From: a virus
Length of the DNA: 33,365 nucleotides
Virus record (IMG/VR): IMGVR_UViG_3300045988_083077
Reading direction: 5' to 3' (one strand)
This document shows positions 14,945-22,345 of the stretch, in pieces; position 1 is the first letter of the stretch; each line of letters opens with the position of its first letter. The notes below the pieces were generated by a model. That model saw nothing but the letters and a program-made list of their open reading frames with translations, was not told where the DNA came from and did not search any database. Made by a program: the position numbers and the translations under genes.

Positions 14945-16565
14945 TGTAGCAAGGTCACTCGCACGAATCGAGGACGATATCACAGCATCGCTTATAAGGA
15001 ATCTAAAGCACCATAGAGCGCAGGAAACTGAAGAGGGACTAGAGTGGGTGCAATGGCAAACAGTCCAACTGCAGGAATTAGACAAATTCAAACGCAAATA
15101 CGCAAAAAAACTAAATAAGGAATTCAAGCGAATCAATCCACACATAGACGAGGCAATCAACGAAGCGTTTAATCAAGGCAAGATGGATGAAGAGGTTGCA
15201 ATCCTGGAATCCATCAAAGAGGGAAAAGGAAAAGGCAAGGCATATCGAAGAGGTTCGTCCTTCTTTCAAAAGGACAACAAGATCGAGAAGATTATAAATG
15301 CAACCACAAACGATATGGAGAAGGCGGAATACGCAATCCTTCGAAGAGCGAACGATCAATATCGTAAGATCATATTTGATGCACAAATGTATGCAGCAAG
15401 TGGAGCGGGAACATACGAGAAGGCAATCGACATGGCAACCCACGACTTTTTGAGTGCAGGGATAAACTGCGTGCAGTACAAAAACGGAGCAAGGGTCAGT
15501 GTGTCAAAGTATGCTGAGATGGCCATAAGGACAGCAACAAAGAGAGCGTACTTACAAGGACAAGGTGAGATGCGCCAGGAGTGGGGCATAAGCACAGTCA
15601 TACTAAATAAGCGCACAAGTGCATGTCCATTGTGTGCGCCTTTTGTTGGCAAGGTATTTATTGACGATGTGTGGAGCGGAGGGACAAGCAAAGATGGAAA
15701 CTATCCTTTGCTTTCATCTGCTATTGCCGCAGGACTATATCATCCAAACTGTAAAGATTCGCACACGACATACTTTCCAGGGACAAGCACAAAGCCTGAG
15801 CATATCACAAGACGAGATCTAGTAAAGATGGTCAGTGAGGCAAAGCGGGAATCAAAAGCAACATACTGCGAACGACAAGCAGAAAGGTGTGGGAGACTTG
15901 CTAGGTATTCTTTAGACACAGACAAGCAAAAGACGTTTAATGCAAGAAAAGAAAAATGGAAAAAGGCAATTATCAACGAAAGAGTTGAAAACAATGCAGA
16001 TTTGGGTATAATAAAAAACATAACAATCGATGACATCTCGGAAATTAAAGAAATTTTAGCCGATAAATTCGGAGAAGATGTAGAGATAAAAAACGAGGTA
16101 ATGGATGCAATATATAATAGCCTTGCTAAATTTGATGGACTTGATTTTTATGGAGCAATCAGAGTAAAGCAATTAGAAAAAAACATCATGTTTCAAACAG
16201 ATTCTGAACAGTTTGGAACATGGGCCAAAAACGCATTTATAGTTAATAGAGAGGCCCTCAGAGGCAAATCGGTTAAAGAAATAGACAAAATGTTTAGAGA
16301 TACAGACCATACAGTGTGTAATTCTCTTGAAGACGCGGTTTATCACGAATATATGCATGCTCTGACGACAAAAAAAGTCATGTTTGCAAAATACGAACAA
16401 CTCTGCGAGGCTAAAGGGTATGAAGAAATTAGCAAAGTAGCTCAAAGCGATTTAGCGGAGACTATTGCAGAAATAGGGGTATTAAAAAAACAAGGTAAAT
16501 ATAACACAGTTTCTGAAAGAGGGAAAAAGCTATTTGAAGAAATTATAGGAGAAACAAAATGGTAA
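14934..16565 (+). CDS. Head-morphogenesis / minor capsid protein (SPP1 gp7 / Mu F family) with a C-terminal HExxH-containing extension
   Basis: The MuF-type core includes TSACPLCAPFVGKVF...LYHPNCKDSHTTY. A C-terminal extension of about 180 aa contains AVYHEYMHAL, with HEYMH encoded at 16344..16358. A marked G+C drop begins near 15900. Confidence 0.85.
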   Translation: MDYDVARSLARIEDDITASLIRNLKHHRAQETEEGLEWVQWQTVQLQELDKFKRKYAKKLNKEFKRINPHIDEAINEAFNQGKMDEEVAILESIKEGKGKGKAYRRGSSFFQKDNKIEKIINATTNDMEKAEYAILRRANDQYRKIIFDAQMYAASGAGTYEKAIDMATHDFLSAGINCVQYKNGARVSVSKYAEMAIRTATKRAYLQGQGEMRQEWGISTVILNKRTSACPLCAPFVGKVFIDDVWSGGTSKDGNYPLLSSAIAAGLYHPNCKDSHTTYFPGTSTKPEHITRRDLVKMVSEAKRESKATYCERQAERCGRLARYSLDTDKQKTFNARKEKWKKAIINERVENNADLGIIKNITIDDISEIKEILADKFGEDVEIKNEVMDAIYNSLAKFDGLDFYGAIRVKQLEKNIMFQTDSEQFGTWAKNAFIVNREALRGKSVKEIDKMFRDTDHTVCNSLEDAVYHEYMHALTTKKVMFAKYEQLCEAKGYEEISKVAQSDLAETIAEIGVLKKQGKYNTVSERGKKLFEEIIGETKW

Positions 16566-16813
16566 GAGTAGATCGATGTGGATTTTGTAAACACCGTTTG
16601 TCAGAAAAAGGAGAACGTTTTAAGTGCAAAGCATTTCCAGTTACAACGCCAAGGTACTTTTATGAGAATGGTGGAGAATGTGCTAATGGATATCGCTTTG
16701 AAGTAATACCAGAGAGAGAAGAGGAATATAAAAGCCTGTGGGAAAAAAAAGGAGAGTCTCACCCGCGCTTAGATCCTCCTATAATAGTAAATGAACGCGT
16801 ATCAATAGAATAA
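16559..16813 (+). CDS. Hypothetical small protein translationally coupled to the MuF gene (candidate partner or immunity protein)
   Basis: 84-aa ORF with a 7-nt overlap to the MuF stop and an AGGAG RBS. A CGFC motif is present. A terminator follows. Confidence 0.6.
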   Translation: MVRVDRCGFCKHRLSEKGERFKCKAFPVTTPRYFYENGGECANGYRFEVIPEREEEYKSLWEKKGESHPRLDPPIIVNERVSIE

Positions 16814-16836
16814 CTTGTAAAAAAAACAGTATATCA

Positions 16837-16862
16837 AGCATCGCATAGCGCGGTGCTTTTTT
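16837..16862 (+). terminator. Rho-independent terminator
   Basis: A 7-bp stem gcatcgc / gcggtgc (one G-U pair) with a 5-nt loop, followed by TTTTTT. Confidence 0.7.
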
Positions 16863-16882
16863 AGTGGAAAAAGGAGGATCAT

Positions 16883-17194
16883 ATGAAATTATCAGACACT
16901 ATCGACTTGATGAACAGCGCAGACTATAAGGACAGATTCTGTGCAGAGTACTATCAAACAATGGAACGCTACAACAAATTGCACAGGCTTGTAATCAAGC
17001 TAGAAGCAAAGACAGCAGAATTCACGCCAACGTGTGGCATAGATTTGCTCAAAAAGCAAAAGGCAGCTATGGGTGAGTATCTGTACTGCTTAGAGGTGAG
17101 GGCGGAAATCGAAGGAATCGATCTTATGAAAAAGCAGCCATGTCAGGAGAGACTGCACAATATCGGGGCAGGCGCTTTAGCTTCAGCAACATGA
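16883..17194 (+). CDS. Hypothetical protein
   Basis: 103-aa ORF with a strong RBS (aaaggagg). Confidence 0.7.
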   Translation: MKLSDTIDLMNSADYKDRFCAEYYQTMERYNKLHRLVIKLEAKTAEFTPTCGIDLLKKQKAAMGEYLYCLEVRAEIEGIDLMKKQPCQERLHNIGAGALASAT

Positions 17195-17231
17195 AATAAC
17201 AAAGATTATTTAGGATTAGGAGGAAGAAAAA

Positions 17232-17519
17232 ATGAAACACGAAGACTTTATAAAGCTATGCGCAAGAAAAGTCGCAGAATACGAAAACAGCAGAAAGGAC
17301 ATCAATGTCCAAATAGATCGTGACAATGTATTTTGCGTATGGTCATGCAAAACACTACAGAATAGTAAGTGCTTGATGTCTGCACCACATAAGGGTGCTA
17401 AGTATTACGAGTTTACATACAACGGAGACAAGCATGAAGTATACATGGATGTGTATAGCAAGGATATTAACATCCCATTTGCAGAGGACGGAACACAAAT
17501 CACAACAAGAATAAGATAA
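17232..17519 (+). CDS. Hypothetical protein
   Basis: 95-aa ORF with a strong RBS (taggagg). Confidence 0.7.
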   Translation: MKHEDFIKLCARKVAEYENSRKDINVQIDRDNVFCVWSCKTLQNSKCLMSAPHKGAKYYEFTYNGDKHEVYMDVYSKDINIPFAEDGTQITTRIR

Positions 17520-17523
17520 ACCA

Positions 17524-17548
17524 AGAAGGCACATAGCTTTCTTTTTTT
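17524..17548 (+). terminator. Rho-independent terminator
   Basis: A 7-bp stem agaaggc / gctttct (one G-U pair) with loop acata, followed by TTTTTT. Confidence 0.6.
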
Positions 17549-17573
17549 ATTGTCCGAAGACAGAAAACTACAC

Positions 17574-17650
17574 GGAGACACCGTGCAACAACTGAAGAGG
17601 GAGACACCCTTATAACTGAGAACGAGAGACACTCGAAAAACTGAAAGGAA
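17574..17650 (+). repeat. Three imperfect direct repeats (GAGACAC-N8/10-AACTGA) upstream of the scaffold/capsid operon
   Basis: The three units are ggagacaccgtgcaacaactgaagag, ggagacacccttataactgagaac and gagacactcgaaaaactgaaagg, arranged head to tail between a terminator and the scaffold gene. Confidence 0.7.
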
Positions 17651-17662
17651 AGGTATTTTAAA

Positions 17663-18262
17663 ATGGCAGATGGAATCAACACACAGAACCAGGCACAAGG
17701 CGATGGAAATCAGAATCAGGCAACACAGAACACAAATGCAGGAGTAAGCAATCAGGGAACAGCAAAGATTGACTTTGATTACGAAAAACTCGCAGGCATA
17801 GTAAGTGGAGCACAGACTGTGAAGGAAGAGGCGGTGTTAAAGAACTACTTTAAACAGCAGGGATTAAGTCAGGACGAAGTCACGCAGGCCATATCGCAGT
17901 TTAAGGCGCAAAAAGAAGCAAATACACCAAATGTACAAGACCTGCAGGAAAAACTAACACAGGCGCAGACAATGGCTCACGCAGCCCAAATAGACAGTGC
18001 ATTGCAGATTGCAGCCTTAAAAGGGAATGTAGAAATCAGCAACTTGCCTTATGTTTTAAAGCTAGTTGACAGAAGTACGCTCACCGTAGAATCTACAGAG
18101 GACGATTATATCGCTGCAGTGAACAAGGTTTTGGAAGATGTGCCAGCTCTCAAAAAGACAACAGATGAGCAGGGTGCAGGATTTCAGCAAGTAGGCGCAG
18201 GAGCAACGGGAGGTGCAAACACCTCGCAAGCTGATGCACTTAAAAAGATTTTTGGTAATTAG
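17663..18262 (+). CDS. Putative capsid scaffolding protein
   Basis: 199-aa ORF immediately upstream of the major capsid gene. It has a Q/N-rich N-terminus and a helical, low-complexity character. Confidence 0.55.
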   Translation: MADGINTQNQAQGDGNQNQATQNTNAGVSNQGTAKIDFDYEKLAGIVSGAQTVKEEAVLKNYFKQQGLSQDEVTQAISQFKAQKEANTPNVQDLQEKLTQAQTMAHAAQIDSALQIAALKGNVEISNLPYVLKLVDRSTLTVESTEDDYIAAVNKVLEDVPALKKTTDEQGAGFQQVGAGATGGANTSQADALKKIFGN

Positions 18263-18279
18263 AAAGAGAGGAATTTAAA

Positions 18280-19182
18280 ATGGCAGTATACAATTATGCA
18301 GAACAGTTTTCGACGGAGCTACAGCAGAAGTATTCAAGGGAGCAAACATCATATGCGCTTACGCAGTCAAACCCTGGAGTAAAGTTTTTGAATGCACAGA
18401 CAATCAAGCTCCCATCAATCACAGTTTCAGGCTATAAGGATCACAATCGTCAGGGAAGTGGATTCAATGCAGGAAACCTGACAAACGAGTGGGAGCCTAA
18501 GAAACTCACACACGACAGAGACATTGAGCTAAGAGTAGATCCTATGGACGTTGACGAGACAAACTTAGTGTTGGACATGGCAAACGTACAGAATGCGCTT
18601 GAAACAGATCAGACAATTCCTGAGAAGGACAAATACAACTTCTCAAAGCTCTATGCAGAAGCAAAGACTTATGCAGCAAACGGAGCAAGCATTGTCACAA
18701 CTGCACTCACAGCGGCAAATGTGCTTGATTGGTTTGACGAGGCAATGGAAAAGATGGACGATGAAAGTGTTCCATCAGAGGGCAGAATTCTATATGTGAC
18801 GCCCGCAGTGAGAAAGTTACTTAAGAGGGCAGATGGAATACAGAGAACGTTAGATGTAACATCTGGCAACAAGAACATCAACAGAAACGTACACAGCATC
18901 GATGATGTAGAAATCGTTAGCGTACCATCTGCTCGCATGAAGACAAAGTACAACTTCACAGAGGGGGCAGTTCCCGCACCTACAGCAAAGCAGATCAGAG
19001 CAATTCTAGTCCACCCTTCATGTGTAGTAGCGAGAGACAAGTATTCTTATATCAATGTATTCACGCCAGGGCACGATGCAAAGACAGCGGATTCATATTT
19101 GCTACAGAGCAGATTCTACATGGATCTATTCTTGATTAAAAACAAGGCAACAGGCGTTTGCATCAACGCAGAGGCAGAGTAG
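18280..19182 (+). CDS. Major capsid protein
   Basis: 300-aa ORF in the canonical position. The N-terminus AVYNYAEQFSTELQQKYSRE...IKLPSITVSGYKDHNR resembles major capsid proteins of Gram-positive siphophages. Confidence 0.8.
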   Translation: MAVYNYAEQFSTELQQKYSREQTSYALTQSNPGVKFLNAQTIKLPSITVSGYKDHNRQGSGFNAGNLTNEWEPKKLTHDRDIELRVDPMDVDETNLVLDMANVQNALETDQTIPEKDKYNFSKLYAEAKTYAANGASIVTTALTAANVLDWFDEAMEKMDDESVPSEGRILYVTPAVRKLLKRADGIQRTLDVTSGNKNINRNVHSIDDVEIVSVPSARMKTKYNFTEGAVPAPTAKQIRAILVHPSCVVARDKYSYINVFTPGHDAKTADSYLLQSRFYMDLFLIKNKATGVCINAEAE

Positions 19183-19192
19183 GAGGTAAGTC

Positions 19193-19459
19193 ATGATATA
19201 CGCAGAAAAAGATAACAAAGTCTATGTAATCAACGAAACAGAGAAGGACTACTATCTGAAAAGAGGGTTCAATCTTGTTGATGAGAGTGGCGAAACTATC
19301 GAATATGGAAAAGGCAACGAGCAGGCAATTGCAGCAGAACTCAAGGCAGAGAACGAAAAACTCAAGGCAGAGAACGAGGAGCTAAGGAAAGCAATCGAAA
19401 CTTCAGAAGAGGGAACTGCAGAGGCACCTGAAGAGGGAAAGAACACCTCGAAGAAATAA
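19193..19459 (+). CDS. Hypothetical coiled-coil protein
   Basis: 88-aa ORF with RBS aggagg. It contains an in-frame 21-nt tandem duplication (LKAENEK / LKAENEE). Confidence 0.65.
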   Translation: MIYAEKDNKVYVINETEKDYYLKRGFNLVDESGETIEYGKGNEQAIAAELKAENEKLKAENEELRKAIETSEEGTAEAPEEGKNTSKK

Positions 19460-19472
19460 GGGGGGTGATAGC

Positions 19473-19841
19473 ATGTATGTTGATAAAGAATATTATATCA
19501 ACACATATAGCGGCAAACTCCCTGCAGAGGAAGTACAAAGGTTCATTACAAGCGCAAGCGAGCACATTGATTCTTTGACATTTAATAGGATTAGAGGGTT
19601 GGGTTTTAATAGCCTGACCCTTTTTCAGCAAGAAAAAATAAAAAGGGCAGTTTGCAGGCTTGCAGATTTCGAGTACGAAAACGAAGATTTAATACAATCA
19701 GTATTAGCATCGTACAGCATTAATGGGGTGTCGATGTCTTTTGGCACATCATGGAATGTAATCGTACAAGATGGAGTGGCATTACCACGCGACATATATA
19801 GTCTGATAAAACAGACGGGATTAGCAAGGAAGGTGATCTAA
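19473..19841 (+). CDS. Putative head-tail connector (gp6-like adaptor)
   Basis: 122-aa ORF, the first of four small genes between the capsid and tail tube genes. Assigned by position and size. Confidence 0.5.
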   Translation: MYVDKEYYINTYSGKLPAEEVQRFITSASEHIDSLTFNRIRGLGFNSLTLFQQEKIKRAVCRLADFEYENEDLIQSVLASYSINGVSMSFGTSWNVIVQDGVALPRDIYSLIKQTGLARKVI

Positions 19842-19842
19842 A

Positions 19843-20181
19843 ATGAAATATCCATGCCTTGTAATGAAGAAGGTATGCACCACACCTATTCATTTAGAAA
19901 TTACGGAAGAGGGACTTACTGAAGAGGGAGCGCCTATTATGGCCGTCACAAAAGATCTAAAGTGCAACTATCAAGATGTGGCAAAGGAAATCCTAACAGC
20001 ACAGAAGAAGATAGTGCAAATTACAGGTTCGGCATATTTTCAAGGGGATATCGCTCCAGGGGTCGCAGTAATAACTAGTGGTATGGCCACTGTGCATGGG
20101 GAGGCGCGTAACATAGTATCAGGTATGAAAGCGCGTAATCCTGATGGGAGTGTTAATTACACGAGGATAGATTTGGAGTAA
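19843..20181 (+). CDS. Putative head-closure / head-tail joining protein
   Basis: 112-aa ORF in the connector gene block. Assigned by position. Confidence 0.4.
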   Translation: MKYPCLVMKKVCTTPIHLEITEEGLTEEGAPIMAVTKDLKCNYQDVAKEILTAQKKIVQITGSAYFQGDIAPGVAVITSGMATVHGEARNIVSGMKARNPDGSVNYTRIDLE

Positions 20182-20185
20182 ACAT

Positions 20186-20569
20186 ATGATGGTTGCAGAT
20201 TCTAAAGTGAGAATAGAGGGACCCGCAATTGCAAAGCTGAATAAAGCATCAATACAAGCGCTAGAAATGACCGCAGAGGCACTGCACACGGAAGTGGTGC
20301 AAGCGCAGGTCGTTCCAAGGCAATCAGGAAACCTGCAGAACGAATCCTTTTCGATTGATAGAGAGGCCGCAAAAGCAGGCGAGATTAACTTTATTCACAA
20401 CGCGGTATATGCGAGACGCCTTTATTATCATCCTGAATACAAATTTGACAAGAGCGAAAATCCAAACGCAAAGGGCAAATGGTATGGGGATTGGCTTCCA
20501 GGAGGCTCGAAGGAAAACTTCGCAACAAAGACATTTGCATCGTTTTATAAGAGATTAACGGGGGTTTAA
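20186..20569 (+). CDS. Putative HK97 gp10-like neck / minor capsid protein
   Basis: 127-aa ORF. The IQALEMTAEALHTEVVQAQVVPRQSGNLQNE segment resembles gp10-type proteins. Position supports the call. Confidence 0.45.
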   Translation: MMVADSKVRIEGPAIAKLNKASIQALEMTAEALHTEVVQAQVVPRQSGNLQNESFSIDREAAKAGEINFIHNAVYARRLYYHPEYKFDKSENPNAKGKWYGDWLPGGSKENFATKTFASFYKRLTGV

Positions 20570-20571
20570 AA

Positions 20572-20991
20572 ATGTTAGGATTAGCAGACATTAAAGATTG
20601 GCTCAAAACATTCAATGCAGCTAAGAACTACTATGTAGGAAAACTCGACAACAAGAAGGAGAGTTCAGTAGGGGTATATCAACGCAAAGACGAGCGTACT
20701 CCTAACATAGCAATTGGTGGCAGAGAAAATGCGAGTTTTGAGGTAAAATCAATCAGCATACTACTGCACTACAACAACAATGCTGTGGAGACAGAGAAGA
20801 GAGCAATGTACTTGTACAATCAAATCATGGAGCAAAGTAAAAGCGAGGTAGTGATTGGTAAGCACAGAATCAATGTGATTGAATTGCTACAGAACGAGCC
20901 GATTGATGTTGGAACAGATGACAATGGAATCTATGAGCGTGTCATAGAAATGAATTTATATTACGAGCTCAAAGAAAGAGAGGAAGAGTAA
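20572..20991 (+). CDS. Putative tail-completion protein
   Basis: 139-aa ORF immediately upstream of the major tail gene. Assigned by position. Confidence 0.45.
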   Translation: MLGLADIKDWLKTFNAAKNYYVGKLDNKKESSVGVYQRKDERTPNIAIGGRENASFEVKSISILLHYNNNAVETEKRAMYLYNQIMEQSKSEVVIGKHRINVIELLQNEPIDVGTDDNGIYERVIEMNLYYELKEREEE

Positions 20992-21464
20992 TGGCAAAGA
21001 AAACGGGAGTATATCCAGTATATGAGAACCAATTCCAGGTAAACACTGGTGCAGCGGCAAAGGCAGGCACAGATGGAAAGAGTGTGACTGGGGGTACATT
21101 TGTACAGATTGCAGACATGGAAAGTTTCTCCGTGTCGTTTGATAATGGTGTCGAGGAATGGAAACCTTTTGATCAAGAGGGATGGGCAAGGCGATTGATG
21201 ACAGCAAAGAGCGTGACTATCTCTGTAAGTGGCAAGAGAAATGTTGGAGATGCAGGGAACGACTATGTTGGTGGTCTTGCATTTAAGAGCGGAAGAGATG
21301 CAGAGGCAGACTTTCAGTGGACATTCCCTGATGGCACAAAAGTGGTATTCCTTGGAGCAGTGCTCAATATCAAGGAATTCGGAGCAGGCGACAGCACAAG
21401 CGTTGCACCACTTTCATTTGATGCAATGTCAAATGGCAAACCGATTGTTGTCCCTGCAGTATAG
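20991..21464 (+). CDS. Major tail (tube) protein
   Basis: 157-aa ORF directly upstream of the chaperone and tape-measure genes, followed by a strong terminator. Size and position are typical. Confidence 0.7.
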   Translation: MAKKTGVYPVYENQFQVNTGAAAKAGTDGKSVTGGTFVQIADMESFSVSFDNGVEEWKPFDQEGWARRLMTAKSVTISVSGKRNVGDAGNDYVGGLAFKSGRDAEADFQWTFPDGTKVVFLGAVLNIKEFGAGDSTSVAPLSFDAMSNGKPIVVPAV

Positions 21465-21477
21465 CAGGGGAATACTG

Positions 21478-21501
21478 AAGAGGGCGAAAGCCCTCTTTTT
21501 T
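21478..21501 (+). terminator. Rho-independent terminator with a GAAA tetraloop
   Basis: An 8-bp stem aagagggc / gccctctt with loop gaaa and a T6 tail. The same 24-nt sequence recurs at 32081..32104. Confidence 0.8.
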
Positions 21502-21525
21502 ATGCGTTTTTGAAACGAGGTAAAA

Positions 21526-21708
21526 ATGAGATATACAGCATTGATTACATTTATAGATGCAGAAACGGGCCACGAATATATGGCAGGGGATGTAGTAGAT
21601 ACATCAAAGATGAGCGAAAAACGAATCGATGAACTTGCTAGTGAGAACAATAGAGCAGGGATGCCGATTATAGTTGAAGAGGACGAGGAGGACGAATACG
21701 ATGGCTAA
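21526..21708 (+). CDS. Hypothetical small acidic protein
   Basis: 60-aa ORF with an RBS (acgaggt) and an acidic C-terminus EEDEEDEYDG. It overlaps the chaperone start. Confidence 0.55.
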   Translation: MRYTALITFIDAETGHEYMAGDVVDTSKMSEKRIDELASENNRAGMPIIVEEDEEDEYDG

Positions 21709-21991
21709 AATTATTGATATTACGGAAAAACTAAACTTTGATGAAAATCCAAGAATCAAAATAAAAAGCGTTGAGATAGAAGTTAATGCAGATGCAAGCA
21801 CGGTGTTGAAAATCATGCAAGCATCAGGCAAACCTGAAAAGGAGTCAATTCCTGAAATGTACGAGTTACTTTTTAGCTTGGAAGACAGAAAGAAAATCGA
21901 TAAACTAAAACTCAAATTCAAAGATTTCACAGCATTAATTGAAACAGCAATGGACAGTGTGGTAGGAGCAAACGATACAGTGGGGGAGTAG
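21701..21991 (+). CDS. Tail assembly chaperone (gpG-like)
   Basis: ATG at 21701 has RBS gaggagg. It occupies the canonical position upstream of the tape measure and ends just after a G5 run. Confidence 0.7.
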   Translation: MAKIIDITEKLNFDENPRIKIKSVEIEVNADASTVLKIMQASGKPEKESIPEMYELLFSLEDRKKIDKLKLKFKDFTALIETAMDSVVGANDTVGE

Positions 21992-22323
21992 ACGATCCAT
22001 ACTATGATTTAATAGAGGACTTCGACCTTATCATTTCCTCCATGCGAACGCAGTATGGACTATCTCTATATAGTGAGGAATTCAAAAGAATGAAATGGCC
22101 TGAATTTAAAGCACTACTTGCGGGATTGTCGGCCGAAACGCCACTTGGTCGTATAGTGCAAATACGAGCGGAGGAAGACCCTCAAATGCTCGAACATTTT
22201 TCGCCAGGGCAGCACAGAATACGAAATGAGTGGAGAAGTAGGCTTGCTCAATCAAAGACGGATGACGAACTAATGGCAGTTCTTGAAACTATAAAGAGCG
22301 CGTTTGTAGAGATGGCAAAGTAA
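21701..22323 (+). CDS. Predicted gpG-T-like fusion chaperone made by -1 frameshifting near 21982..21986 (the downstream part is Gp15-family-like)
   Basis: The frame of ORF 22042..22323 stays open upstream to at least 21961 and is -1 relative to the gpG-like frame. The two frames overlap at gtgggggagtag. RTQYGLSLYSEEFKRMKWPEFKALLAGL is typical of the phage Gp15/T segment. Confidence 0.55.
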
Positions 22324-22345
22324 AAAGCGAAGGGAGAGCAGATTA

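Noticed and set aside
16743-16750. A8 homopolymer, plus T7 at 5654..5660 and A7 at 6837..6843, considered as further frameshift or phase-variation sites.
   Set aside because: All sit in uninterrupted reading frames with sensible protein sequence on both sides. They are noted only as a control showing that homopolymers in general are not mis-called in this assembly.
19340-19377. Perfect 17-nt repeat with 21-nt period (ctcaaggcagagaacga twice).
   Set aside because: It is an in-frame heptad duplication (LKAENEK/LKAENEE) within a coiled-coil protein. It is probably a simple duplication without independent function.
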